This document shows, piece by piece, positions 41,260 to 50,990 of a stretch of 64,000 nt of DNA. This DNA is from Alphaproteobacteria bacterium. Its GTDB lineage: Bacteria > Pseudomonadota > Alphaproteobacteria > GM7ARS4 > G965262615. The notes under the pieces are model-generated. The model saw nothing but the letters and a program-made list of their open reading frames with translations, was not told where the DNA came from and searched no databases. A program made the translations under genes and the position numbers. The DNA is taken from positions 96,001 through 160,000 of the forward strand of contig OZ253545.1 in assembly GCA_965262615.1 (NCBI GenBank), read 5' to 3'. How positions within the stretch are numbered: the stretch's first letter is position 1; every line of letters starts with the position of its first letter.

Positions 41260-41336
41260 ATTGTTCCTTTTATCACAACACCCTTCATGATATAACGATT
41301 ATTGTTCCTTTTATCACGACACCCTTCATGATATAA
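41260..41336 (+). repeat. 41-bp-period tandem duplication in the carA/yqeY divergent promoter region
   Basis: ATTGTTCCTTTTATCAC(A/G)ACACCCTTCATGATATAA at 41260 and 41301. Confidence 0.9.
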
Positions 41337-41343
41337 TGTCTTC

Positions 41344-41808
41344 ATGAGCCTACAAGAGACCATCACCCAGCATTTGCATCAAGCGATGAAGGATAAAGAC
41401 ACGCTGAAAACCAATCTCCTGCGCCTCATCAATGCAGCGATTTTGGATGCTCAAGTCAAAGCCACCACCGATGGCACACGAAAAAATTTGAGCGATGAAG
41501 ATGTTATCACCATTTTAGATGGCTTGGTCAAACGGGGACAAGAATCGCTGCGGCTGTATCGTGAGGCGGGCGACACGGCGCGCGCCCAAGCCGAAGAAAA
41601 AGAAATCGCCATTCTAAAAGAATTTCTACCCCAGCGTCTTGATGAACACGCAACCCACAAAGCCGCAACTGAAATCATTGCATCTCTCGGTGCCACCTCA
41701 ATGCGCGACATGGGCAAAGTCATGGGACAATTGCAAAAACAATATGGCGCGTCATTGGATAAATCCCTCACCGCCCAAGTGGTCAAAAATTTGTTGAGTG
41801 GTGGATGA
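41344..41808 (+). CDS. GatB/YqeY domain protein
   Basis: AMKDKD..LRLI, EIAILKEFLPQ, MRDMGKVM; upstream of dnaG. Confidence 0.9.
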   Translation: MSLQETITQHLHQAMKDKDTLKTNLLRLINAAILDAQVKATTDGTRKNLSDEDVITILDGLVKRGQESLRLYREAGDTARAQAEEKEIAILKEFLPQRLDEHATHKAATEIIASLGATSMRDMGKVMGQLQKQYGASLDKSLTAQVVKNLLSGG

Positions 41809-43543
41809 AGTGAACGACTCCTTTTCCGCTTTTCTCAAGCAACTCCAACATCGCACCAACATTGTGACGCTGATAGGACGTTATGTCTCTTTGACAAAAA
41901 AGGGAAAAAATTACTGGGGATTGTGTCCCTTTCATAAGGAAAAAACGCCATCCTTTTCGGTCAAAGAAGATGGTGGCTTCTATTACTGTTTTGGCTGTGG
42001 TGCGAAAGGCAATGCCATCAAATTTTTACAAGAAAAAGAGGGCTTGGATTTCATGGCGGCGGTGCAGCGATTAGCACATGACGCGGGAATGACCGTTCCC
42101 ACCGAGCGCAAAAAAGCCCCATCCCCCGAACACAAACAACTCTTAGACCTCATGAACGAGGCTTCTGCTTGGTATCGTGTCCAATTGACACAACCTGACG
42201 CATCTCACGCGCAAAAATGGCTCGCACAACGCCAGATCTCTGATGACACCCAAAAGCTTTTTCAATTGGGCTATGCCCCGAAAGATGGCAAACGGCTATT
42301 GGCTCATCTCAAAGGCAAGGGATTTAGCGATGACCTCATCGCCAAGGCGGGAATCACCGCCACTGGTGACAATACCGCTCCTTATCATCGCTATCACAAC
42401 CGCATCATCTTTCCCATTCATGATGATAGCGGGAACATCATCGCCTTTGGCGGACGCGACCTGGGCAATGCTCCCGCCAAATACATCAATTCCCCCAGCA
42501 CCGTTCTTTTTAACAAAAAACAAACCCTCTACGGCTTGCACCATGCACTGGATGCCATCAAAGAAAAACGCGCGGTGATTGTCACGGAAGGCTACATGGA
42601 CAGCATTGCCTTACGACAGGCGGGCATTCATCACACGGTCGCCACTTTGGGAACAAGCATCAACAAAGACCACATCCTCACCTTATGGCGTTGGTGCGAT
42701 TGTCCTTTGCTGTGCTTTGATGGTGACATGGCGGGTGAAGCGGCTGCCATGCGCGCCATCACACAAGCACTGCCCTTTGTCACAACTCGCAAACAACTGG
42801 CAGTGGTCATGCTACCCGCCAAGGAAGACCCCGATTCGTTCATTCGTCATCACGGAGCGGATGCTTTTCACCAATTATGCCGTGAGGCGCGCCCACTGTT
42901 TGATTGCCTTGTCACCATGCTCATTCATCATGACAGTTTTGCAACGCCCGAACGGGAAGCCGATGCTGATGCCGCCATTGATCGTTTCCTTGAGCCGATG
43001 AAAGACCGTAAGCTGAAACATTCCTATCTCCGTCATGTGCGCGACGCTTTTCGAGATCTGCGTTCAGGCAAACTCGCCTTTAAACCCCTCATCGCTCGCC
43101 CTCCCATGCAGAGCTCCCAACAACAAATCAAACAAACCGAAGCTGCCATCTTGTCGCTGCTGCTCGCCCATCCACGCCTCATTGAGCAATGGCATGGTGC
43201 TCTCATCAATTATGATGACCATAATTCCTCCCTCGCTTCATTAAAAAATCATATTCTTACCTCCCCTCATGAGCATAGAAGCTCCGCCGCTCAGCTGAAA
43301 CAGTATCTCACTGAGCAACGCCACATGACGCAACAAATCGCCGATTTGCCTGACGTCCATGACGACAACCCCGATAAACGCATGGAGCTGTTGATGAAAC
43401 AGCTGGAAAAAGACGCTATCAATCGTCAAAAAAACGAATCCCTTCCTAATGAGCAACTGTTTATCACCTTAAAAAGGGAAGAAGTCGCCCATAATCAGCA
43501 GACGCGTCAATTGCTTGCACAAAACGGTGAAAAAAAACTCTAA
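41798..43543 (+). CDS. dnaG: DNA primase
   Basis: CPFHKEKTPSF...CFGC zinc finger, AFGGR, KYINSP, EGYMD, FDGD, DPD. Confidence 0.96.
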   Translation: MVDEVNDSFSAFLKQLQHRTNIVTLIGRYVSLTKKGKNYWGLCPFHKEKTPSFSVKEDGGFYYCFGCGAKGNAIKFLQEKEGLDFMAAVQRLAHDAGMTVPTERKKAPSPEHKQLLDLMNEASAWYRVQLTQPDASHAQKWLAQRQISDDTQKLFQLGYAPKDGKRLLAHLKGKGFSDDLIAKAGITATGDNTAPYHRYHNRIIFPIHDDSGNIIAFGGRDLGNAPAKYINSPSTVLFNKKQTLYGLHHALDAIKEKRAVIVTEGYMDSIALRQAGIHHTVATLGTSINKDHILTLWRWCDCPLLCFDGDMAGEAAAMRAITQALPFVTTRKQLAVVMLPAKEDPDSFIRHHGADAFHQLCREARPLFDCLVTMLIHHDSFATPEREADADAAIDRFLEPMKDRKLKHSYLRHVRDAFRDLRSGKLAFKPLIARPPMQSSQQQIKQTEAAILSLLLAHPRLIEQWHGALINYDDHNSSLASLKNHILTSPHEHRSSAAQLKQYLTEQRHMTQQIADLPDVHDDNPDKRMELLMKQLEKDAINRQKNESLPNEQLFITLKREEVAHNQQTRQLLAQNGEKKL

Positions 43544-43739
43544 GACATCTTGTCTTTGCTCATTTTTTTGCTATGTGAGAGAGAAGTCTTCGCTTTGATG
43601 AATGGTTCATGAACCCTTGACGCTCCATCCGTGATGTGGCATGGATGGACAGCCAATTTCACCGATACGGTCACAGTCGTCACGCGGCAGGCGATGCAAC
43701 CCAACAACAGCCAAAAATGGCAGCAAAAGGAAGAGAGCG

Positions 43740-45623
43740 ATGGAGAACAAACAATTATCTCATGACAATGCGTCTGCCCACAAGAACACGCGCGGTTCTT
43801 TGGAGAGTCTGATTCATCAGGGACAAATTGATGGTCAAGTGGATTTGCAGCAACTCAAAAAAGCGGCATCCCATAGCTCCAGTAAGAATTTTCAACGCAC
43901 GGTGAAAATGCTGCAAGCCGATGGTGTCAAGATTGTCAATGGAGAGGGCAAGGACAGCTCCAGTCAAGCCACTTCTGACGACATGGAGCAAATTCTGTCC
44001 GACAGTGGCGAGGAAGAAGAAGAGTCCATTGTCGTTCCCAATCGCATGGATGATCCGGTGCGCATGTATCTCAAAGAAATGGGCTCTGTGGGACTGTTGT
44101 CCCGAGACGATGAAATCGCCATCGCCAAACGCATTGAAGAAGGACGCCATCGCATGGTGCGCGCCTTGTATGAAAATCCCTTTGCCATCAAATCCATCGT
44201 GATATGGAGCGAGGAGCTGGCGGCAGAAAAGCGCAATCTGCGGGAAATCATTGACCTGGATGCCATGTACGGACCTCAACATCGCGATCTCTCCTCCATA
44301 GAAAACAATGATGACGACACGAATGAGAACGACAACAGCAGCGACTCCTACGAACAAATTCCCGTCACTGAAATTGAAGAGGCGTTGAGTCCGCAAACGC
44401 TGAAGATTTTTGCCAATTTGCGAACCGCATACAAAGCCATGGAACGCACACAACGCAATCGCTTCAAGGCTTTTGATGAGGGCAAACAACCCTCTAAAGT
44501 CACCCAAAAGAATTTTGAGGCAAGTCAAAAGAAACTGGCAGACATCGCCCTTGACATCACCCTCAACAACAATCGCTTGGAATGGATTTTAGAAGAACTG
44601 CACAAGCTCAATCGGGATCGAATGAGCTATGAAGAAAAACTCAGCAAGTTGGCGGAGCGTTGCCGTATTCAGCGCGTGGAATTTCTTCAAGCCTATCATC
44701 AGTACGGCATCAATCGGCAGTGGCGGTCGCCAGAGGAACTCAACAAAAGCAAGGCTTGGCAACGATTTTTAGGAACTCACGGCGCAAAGGTTGATGAGTA
44801 TTGTCTTGGTCTTAGGAATGTGAGCACTGACAGTGGCTTGTCGCTGACGGAATTTCAGCAAAATCTGCGCGCCATTCAAGAGGGACTGCGGGATGCCGAA
44901 GATGCCAAAAAAGAAATGATTGAAGCCAATTTGCGTCTGGTCATTTCCATAGCCAAGAAATACACCAATCGCGGCTTGCAGTTTCTTGATCTCATTCAGG
45001 AGGGCAACATCGGCTTGATGAAGGCTGTGGATAAGTTTGAGTATCGTCGTGGCTATAAGTTTTCCACTTATGCCACTTGGTGGATTCGTCAGGCGATTAC
45101 TCGTTCCATTGCGGATCAGGCTCGCACCATTCGTATTCCTGTGCATATGATTGAGACCATCAGCAAGATTATGCGTGCGTCTCGGCAGTTCATCCATGAG
45201 CACGGACGCGAGCCGCAACCCGAAGAAATCTCATCGCGTTTGAGCATGCCGTTGGATAAGGTGCGCAAGATTATGAAGATTGCCAAAGATCCCATCAGTT
45301 TGGAGTCTCCCATTGGCGAGGAGGAGGATAGTCCTCTGGGTGATTTCATTGAGGACAAGAATGCGGTGCTACCCGATGATGCCGCCTCAATGGACAACAT
45401 GAGCAAGATTGCCAACACGGTGCTGGCGACTCTGACGGCGCGTGAAGAGCGGGTGTTGCGGATGCGCTTTGGCATCGGCATGAGCTCTGACCACACTCTG
45501 GAGGAGGTGGGCAAGCAGTTTTCTGTGACGCGAGAGCGGATTCGGCAGATTGAAGCCAAGGCGTTGCGGAAGTTGAAGCATCCCACGCGGTCGCGCAAGC
45601 TGCGAACATTTTTAGAGAATTGA
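43740..45623 (+). CDS. rpoD: RNA polymerase sigma-70 factor
   Basis: [53 protein letters not shown]. Confidence 0.98.
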   Translation: MENKQLSHDNASAHKNTRGSLESLIHQGQIDGQVDLQQLKKAASHSSSKNFQRTVKMLQADGVKIVNGEGKDSSSQATSDDMEQILSDSGEEEEESIVVPNRMDDPVRMYLKEMGSVGLLSRDDEIAIAKRIEEGRHRMVRALYENPFAIKSIVIWSEELAAEKRNLREIIDLDAMYGPQHRDLSSIENNDDDTNENDNSSDSYEQIPVTEIEEALSPQTLKIFANLRTAYKAMERTQRNRFKAFDEGKQPSKVTQKNFEASQKKLADIALDITLNNNRLEWILEELHKLNRDRMSYEEKLSKLAERCRIQRVEFLQAYHQYGINRQWRSPEELNKSKAWQRFLGTHGAKVDEYCLGLRNVSTDSGLSLTEFQQNLRAIQEGLRDAEDAKKEMIEANLRLVISIAKKYTNRGLQFLDLIQEGNIGLMKAVDKFEYRRGYKFSTYATWWIRQAITRSIADQARTIRIPVHMIETISKIMRASRQFIHEHGREPQPEEISSRLSMPLDKVRKIMKIAKDPISLESPIGEEEDSPLGDFIEDKNAVLPDDAASMDNMSKIANTVLATLTAREERVLRMRFGIGMSSDHTLEEVGKQFSVTRERIRQIEAKALRKLKHPTRSRKLRTFLEN

Positions 45624-45659
45624 ATCGGCTCTGTGTTTGGGCTAGTGTGGCAGCGCGAG

Positions 45660-45733
45660 GGGCTCGTAGTTCAATTGGTTAGAGCGGACCGCTCATAACG
45701 GTTAAGTTGCAGGTTCGAGTCCTGCCGGGCCCA
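45660..45733 (+). tRNA. tRNA with CAT anticodon, probably tRNA-Ile2 (lysidine); CCA not encoded
   Basis: GGGCTCG/CGGGCCC acceptor stem, CTCATAA anticodon loop, GGTTCGAGTCC T-arm; position after rpoD is typical of Ile2. Confidence 0.92.
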
Positions 45734-45768
45734 CTCGCAAAACATTAAAAATATATTGCAAATATATC

Positions 45769-45798
45769 TTGACATTTGGATTTATTCCGTGTTATAAG
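45769..45798 (+). promoter_or_regulatory. Sigma-70-like promoter of the accessory two-gene operon
   Basis: TTGACA-18 nt-TATAAG with a TGn extension; imperfect palindrome ATATATTGCAAATATAT just upstream (45751-45767). Confidence 0.6.
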
Positions 45799-45833
45799 GG
45801 TTATATCATGGAATATCCAAATGGAGATGTGTT

Positions 45834-46058
45834 ATGCGTGATGTGAATAAAAGAAGGGATGCTTTTCGGCGTATTGTGCCTAAACGCGTGGATAGTGTCC
45901 TCAATAGTCTGCGTATTTTGGGTAATTGCGGCAACAGAGGCAATTATGACTACGATGAGGCGGACATCAAAAAAATATTTGCCGAGATTGATAAGGCGGT
46001 GAAAGCCGCCAAAAGTCAGTTTTCGGCACAAGACACCAGCAAAGGGTTTGAATTGTGA
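45834..46058 (+). CDS. Small helical hypothetical protein coupled to the GHKL ATPase
   Basis: GGAG RBS; 74 aa (KRRDAFRR...LRILGNCGNRGNYDY....KKIF); its stop overlaps the next start (GTGA). Confidence 0.82.
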   Translation: MRDVNKRRDAFRRIVPKRVDSVLNSLRILGNCGNRGNYDYDEADIKKIFAEIDKAVKAAKSQFSAQDTSKGFEL

Positions 46059-48553
46059 AAGACAATCGCACAATCACCAATGATGAGATTAAGGAGCTCG
46101 CCCTATCACTCGCCTACGCTAACAAAGAAGCCGATGTTGTAAAAATATTGGAAAAAGCGGGTTTATGGAATAATGAAGCCGCTTGGGGGAAATTGTGTGA
46201 TGAAAGCACTGTGGGCAACCAAAGCAGTCCCGCCAATGCCCTCATGGAAAAGATTATCAATTCGGTGGATGCTGTTCTTATCAGAGAGTGCTGGAAAAAA
46301 GGCATTGATCCCGAGAGCAAAGACGCTCCCCAAAGTATGAAAGAGGCACAAGAAAAATTGTTAGGAATCCGTGATGGCAACCTCTTTAATGACCGCTGGT
46401 CAAAACATGATAGAAGTAAATTTGCAAAAGATAATATCTCTTTTGTTGCAACAGGTCGTAAAACGGAACCTTGCTTCACTATTATTGATACAGGCGAGGG
46501 GCAGCTTCCGTCTAACTTTAAAAATTCGTTTCTGAAAGACAGAAATTCAAACAAAGTTAAAATTCCATTCGTGCAAGGAAAATTTGGCATGGGTAGCACA
46601 GGTGCAATCGCTTATTCCAGCGAAAAACACAACCTACAACTGATTATTTCAAAGAGATGTAAATTCGAGGAGTCAGACCCCGATTCTCAGTGGGGCTTCA
46701 CCATCACCAGAATCGCTGAAGGAAGTGAAAACAACAAGGTTGCCATCTATCAATATCTTTTAAATCCTTCTAGCAAAGAGCAGGGCGTTTTCTCTTTTGA
46801 TGCCGATACTTTGCCCCTTTTGCCAAAGGAGCAAGGCTATGGCAAGGATTGGAAGTATGGTAAAAGCATGACCCACGGCTCTTTCGTCAAGCTGTATGAT
46901 TACAGAATAAATGGGAAAAGACATTTATCAAGTCATGGGCTTACGGCACTATGGCAAAGATTTGAATTATTAGCACCTGATATTGCTGTTCCCGTCAACA
47001 TGGTTGAAGGCAGAATGTTGATTAAAAAGTTCAACACGAGAACTCTTGCGGGTTTCATAGACAAAATCCTTGCCCAAAAAGAAACATTTTTGGAAAAAAA
47101 TATTTCTTTTAGCGGGAAGTTTGATGTTGAAGGACAAAAGATAGATTATCAAATCTTTCTTCTTGGTGAAGATGAAAGTGAGGGCAAGAAAAAAACTAAA
47201 CGGAAAAGGGATAGGGGTGAAGATGAAAGTGAGGGCAAGAAAAAAACTAAACGGAAAAGGGATAGGGATGTTGATGGTGTCATTTTTACACTCAATGGGC
47301 AATATCACGGAGCTTTGCCTCGCCGTTTTTTCAAATCAAAAAAAGTGAATCTCCAATTGTTATCTGAAGACATTATTGTGTTTTTAGAAACAAAGGACAT
47401 GGCTAAAAAGAAGCGGCGCGAAATATTGAAAGCCGACCGCGAAGGGCTCAAAGACACGAAATTTTTAGAAAAAATAAAACAAGAATTGGCAGACTTCCTG
47501 CGTAACCATGCTGCTCTCAGAGAAGCTGAGGACGAACGATTTCGGGAAAAATTCGGAAACACGCAAGGAAATAAATCAAAATCTCTTGAAGATTTTATAG
47601 AAAATAATGCTGACCTTATGGAGTTCATCAACAGCCCATCATCTATCCTCAATATCCCTGGCGCGTTTTTTGGGGGCAAAGAATCTTATAGAGGCAAGCG
47701 TTATCCCACCTTTTTTCGCCTTAAAGGCGATAAAAAAGGTAATAAATTCACCAGTAAAAAGCCGAAAGAGCAACCGTTCAATAGAGATAAGCTCGTCTTA
47801 AAATATGAGACAGATGCTGACAATGACTATTTTGAAGACAAAATAGGGAAGTACGAGATTGAAATTAATGGCGAAAAAACAGAAAACGATTCTATAGATT
47901 ATCTATGGAACGGCGAAGCAACCCTCACGCTGAACTTGCAGAAACAATTTAAAATCGGTGAAAAAATCACGGTGACATTAAAAGTCACTGATGATAATCG
48001 CATTGAACCATTCGTCATCCCCGCGTGTATCATCATAACAGAAAGAGTGCTACCCCCTGTGCCACCAATTCCCCCTGTTCCACCTGTTCCACCAGAAGAG
48101 AAAGGCTTCAAAGGAAATTTTCCACCTGTCGTAGAGGTGAGAAAAAAGCAAAGCGAACAGTGGGATGGTGAAACTTGGAGTGACCATGGCATGGATGGTC
48201 GCAGTGCCTTGAAATGCACAGTATCTCGCGACAATATAGCGTATCATATCAATATGGATAACCAACATCTCATAAAAGAGATTTTGCGTGACAAGAATAA
48301 CTCAAAAGAACTTTTGGAAGCTCAATTCAAAACCTGCATAGTGTTCATGGGGCATACCATGCTGTGCAAGCTTATGAATGAAAAAGAAAAAGCTGAATCT
48401 AGCGAAACAGACATAGAACCTATAGAACCTGAAGATAAGGTGGAGGAATCTACCAAACACGCAGCTCCTGTTATTCTTCGTTTGATTAACCACAAATGGA
48501 AGAAACCCAAAGATGATGTTGCGGACAATGACGAGGACGATGACGAAGAGTAA
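46055..48553 (+). CDS. Large GHKL (HATPase_c / MORC-like) ATPase, putative defence protein
   Basis: N-box EKIINSVDA, G1 box IIDTGEG, G2 box GKFGMGS; AT-rich; acidic tail. Confidence 0.8.
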   Translation: MKDNRTITNDEIKELALSLAYANKEADVVKILEKAGLWNNEAAWGKLCDESTVGNQSSPANALMEKIINSVDAVLIRECWKKGIDPESKDAPQSMKEAQEKLLGIRDGNLFNDRWSKHDRSKFAKDNISFVATGRKTEPCFTIIDTGEGQLPSNFKNSFLKDRNSNKVKIPFVQGKFGMGSTGAIAYSSEKHNLQLIISKRCKFEESDPDSQWGFTITRIAEGSENNKVAIYQYLLNPSSKEQGVFSFDADTLPLLPKEQGYGKDWKYGKSMTHGSFVKLYDYRINGKRHLSSHGLTALWQRFELLAPDIAVPVNMVEGRMLIKKFNTRTLAGFIDKILAQKETFLEKNISFSGKFDVEGQKIDYQIFLLGEDESEGKKKTKRKRDRGEDESEGKKKTKRKRDRDVDGVIFTLNGQYHGALPRRFFKSKKVNLQLLSEDIIVFLETKDMAKKKRREILKADREGLKDTKFLEKIKQELADFLRNHAALREAEDERFREKFGNTQGNKSKSLEDFIENNADLMEFINSPSSILNIPGAFFGGKESYRGKRYPTFFRLKGDKKGNKFTSKKPKEQPFNRDKLVLKYETDADNDYFEDKIGKYEIEINGEKTENDSIDYLWNGEATLTLNLQKQFKIGEKITVTLKVTDDNRIEPFVIPACIIITERVLPPVPPIPPVPPVPPEEKGFKGNFPPVVEVRKKQSEQWDGETWSDHGMDGRSALKCTVSRDNIAYHINMDNQHLIKEILRDKNNSKELLEAQFKTCIVFMGHTMLCKLMNEKEKAESSETDIEPIEPEDKVEESTKHAAPVILRLINHKWKKPKDDVADNDEDDDEE
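47165..47266 (+). repeat. Perfect in-frame 51-bp tandem duplication (GEDESEGKKKTKRKRDR x2)
   Basis: Copies start at 47165 and 47216. Confidence 0.95.
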
Positions 48554-48558
48554 TCTTT

Positions 48559-49209
48559 TTACATTCTTTGATTGATTTCGGCGACTTTGTCTCTGAGCAC
48601 TTTCAGCATGCCATCAATTCCGCCTTCGTTTTTGATGAGGGAGCCCACTTCAGAGCGCAAGGTGATGGCGAGGGAGACGCCGGCGATGGTCATATCGTAG
48701 ATTTTGTAGTGCTGCTGCGTGCGAACCCACCCCACACGCCAGCCCACCGTGATGAATTCATCCGCTCCGTCTTGGCGAAACCGCGAATCCACGATAAAAA
48801 TATTCGCTCCTTCGGTGCGATAGGTCTCCAAAATGACAATCTCACCTCCGTATTGACGAAACCGCAACGCGTAGTTAGCCACCAAAAACTCACGAAACAA
48901 CCGCATAAACTCATCCACCTGTTCTTTGGTGGCGGTGCGATTATAGCGTCCCAATGAAAAGCGCGCGACTTGCATGTGGTCAAACGCCTCATCATACAGG
49001 TCACCAAAATCGGCGCGCAATTGGGCATCGGTGAGCTCGTCTTTGGTCAAGTTCTCCAGCGACCGCTTGCTAAAATCAATGATGAAATCCACCGCGCCCG
49101 CGCCGAGCTGGGCATCTTGATCTTGTGCGCGCGCGCCATCAGACGGCACAAAGCTCATCGCCGCCAGAGCCACAAAAAATATGAGAAAATAATAAGCCCG
49201 CATCATCAT
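48559..49209 (-). CDS. mlaC: MlaC/Ttg2D phospholipid-binding protein
   Basis: Signal peptide, FD...ARFSLGRY, KIYDMTIAGVSL; adjacent to vacJ/mlaA. Confidence 0.88.
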   Translation of the reverse strand: MMMRAYYFLIFFVALAAMSFVPSDGARAQDQDAQLGAGAVDFIIDFSKRSLENLTKDELTDAQLRADFGDLYDEAFDHMQVARFSLGRYNRTATKEQVDEFMRLFREFLVANYALRFRQYGGEIVILETYRTEGANIFIVDSRFRQDGADEFITVGWRVGWVRTQQHYKIYDMTIAGVSLAITLRSEVGSLIKNEGGIDGMLKVLRDKVAEINQRM

Positions 49210-50054
49210 TCTGGTGGTCCTAGCATGTCATAATCTTCCTGCGGAGACAAGGCGGGTGCGAGGTCATCATAGCCATCATCAAAAGAGCTCTCCTCTTGCA
49301 ACGGTGCGCCCACGAGCCCTCGCCGATATTGACGATAAAAACTTCGCGTTGAGGCATAATAATCAAGCGAATCCCGCTTCAGAGAATCCAATTGGTCGCC
49401 CAAATTATAGCGAAAATTGACACCGCTCATGATGGCTGTGGACATTCCCGCCTCAAAATCAACACCGTAATGCTCGTAGATCAATCCATCGGGAGAGGTG
49501 TAAGGCATGGGCGAGAAGGCATAAGGAATATATTCCACTCCTCTGCCCACGACAGAACGCAGCGTGTTGGGCCCCAAAATGGGCAGGATGATATAAGGAC
49601 CCTCCCCAACACCCCACACGCCCAATGTGATGCCAAAGTCGGTGCTCTGACGCGGCACACCAACGGCGGTGGCAACATCAAACAATCCGCCCAAGCCCAC
49701 AACGCCGTTGAGCAATATGCGCCCCAGTGCATTGCCCGCTTCGGTGCGCCGTCCCTGCAGCACATAATTGACAAACTCCAAAGGCGTGCCGAAAAAATCC
49801 AAAAGATTGTCAATACGATTGCGAACGAAGGAGGGAATGTAACCGTAAACATCCGATAGCGGCTTCATGACATTGTCATCCAACCATTCATTGGTGGCAA
49901 AGGCGGCGCGATTGTAGGGCTCTAGGGGATCATTGGTGCGATAATACTCGGCGCGCTCAATGGGATCGGTGGGAACTGTCGCACACGAGACAACACCAAG
50001 CGAAAGCATCAACGCCAAAAAAGGGGATAAAACGCAAATTTTCATCAAATTCAA
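49206..50054 (-). CDS. mlaA: VacJ/MlaA lipoprotein
   Basis: Lipobox VVSC, DPLEPYNR, GLGGLFDVA, DFGITLG, GPYIILPILGP. Confidence 0.93.
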   Translation of the reverse strand: MNLMKICVLSPFLALMLSLGVVSCATVPTDPIERAEYYRTNDPLEPYNRAAFATNEWLDDNVMKPLSDVYGYIPSFVRNRIDNLLDFFGTPLEFVNYVLQGRRTEAGNALGRILLNGVVGLGGLFDVATAVGVPRQSTDFGITLGVWGVGEGPYIILPILGPNTLRSVVGRGVEYIPYAFSPMPYTSPDGLIYEHYGVDFEAGMSTAIMSGVNFRYNLGDQLDSLKRDSLDYYASTRSFYRQYRRGLVGAPLQEESSFDDGYDDLAPALSPQEDYDMLGPPE

Positions 50055-50126
50055 TCGCAGGAACTATTGGCACAAAGACGACACTCTGTGATAGTATGGA
50101 TTTTTCTATGACGATAATCAATATCT

Positions 50127-50990
50127 GTGATAACAATGGCTGTGCCTTTTGTGTCTTTTGAGTTTTTTCCGCCCAAGACACAGGCAATGGAGGAGCAAGT
50201 GTGGCAATCTTTGGCACGCTTGGAGCCTCTTGCGCCGTCATTTGTGTCGGTGACCTATGGGGCAGGCGGCAGCACGCGCGATCGCACCCATACATTGGTG
50301 GAGCGCATTCATCAAGAGACATCTTTGACCCCTGCGGCACACCTGACATGCATCGCCTCCAGCAAACAAGACATTGATGCCATCGCTCAGCGTTACTGGA
50401 ACGGCGGCATTCGCCACATCGTGGCACTGCGCGGCGACATGCCGCAAGAAGATAGGTCGGCAACAAAAAACGGCGACTACCGCTACGCCAGTGAATTGGT
50501 GACCGCGCTCAAAAAAATTGCCGACTTTGAAATATCGGTGGCGGCGTATCCAGAGGTGCATCCCGAAGCCTTGAGTCCTCAAGATGATTTGGATAATCTC
50601 AAACGCAAGTATGAGGCGGGAGCGACGCGTGCAATCAGTCAGTTTTTTTTTGAGACGGATCATTTTTTGCGCTTTCGCGATTGTGTCGCGCGCCAAAAAA
50701 TTGATATGGATTTAGTGGCAGGAATTCTACCAGTGACCAATGTGCAGAAAATTCTCAGTTTTGCCCGCAAAAGCGGCACGCACATTCCTCCATGGTTGCC
50801 GGTGATGTTTGAGGGACTGGATGATGACCCCGCCACGCGCCGCTTGGTGGCGGCGCACTTGGCGGCGACTCAGTGCGATCGCCTGCAACAAGAGGGTGTG
50901 AGTCATTTTCATTTCTACACCCTCAATCGTTCGGAATTGAGTTTTGCCATTTGTCATTTGTTGGGTTTGCGAGCACACCGTCATGACTGA
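50127..50990 (+). CDS. metF: 5,10-methylenetetrahydrofolate reductase
   Basis: SFEFFPPK, SVTYGAGG, HLTC, ALRGD, HFYTLN. Confidence 0.96.
   Translation: MITMAVPFVSFEFFPPKTQAMEEQVWQSLARLEPLAPSFVSVTYGAGGSTRDRTHTLVERIHQETSLTPAAHLTCIASSKQDIDAIAQRYWNGGIRHIVALRGDMPQEDRSATKNGDYRYASELVTALKKIADFEISVAAYPEVHPEALSPQDDLDNLKRKYEAGATRAISQFFFETDHFLRFRDCVARQKIDMDLVAGILPVTNVQKILSFARKSGTHIPPWLPVMFEGLDDDPATRRLVAAHLAATQCDRLQQEGVSHFHFYTLNRSELSFAICHLLGLRAHRHD

Noticed and set aside
43624-43649. Hairpin TCCATCCGTG-ATGTGG-CATGGATGGA upstream of rpoD
   Set aside because: A single stem with no U-tract or recognisable RNA family; not enough to call.
45734-48558. Prophage or integrative element at the tRNA
   Set aside because: No integrase or phage genes, and I found no duplicated tRNA 3' end at the far boundary.
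50055-50135. Possible SAM riboswitch upstream of metF
   Set aside because: Short AT-rich divergent intergenic region with no recognisable SAM-II or SAM-SAH consensus.
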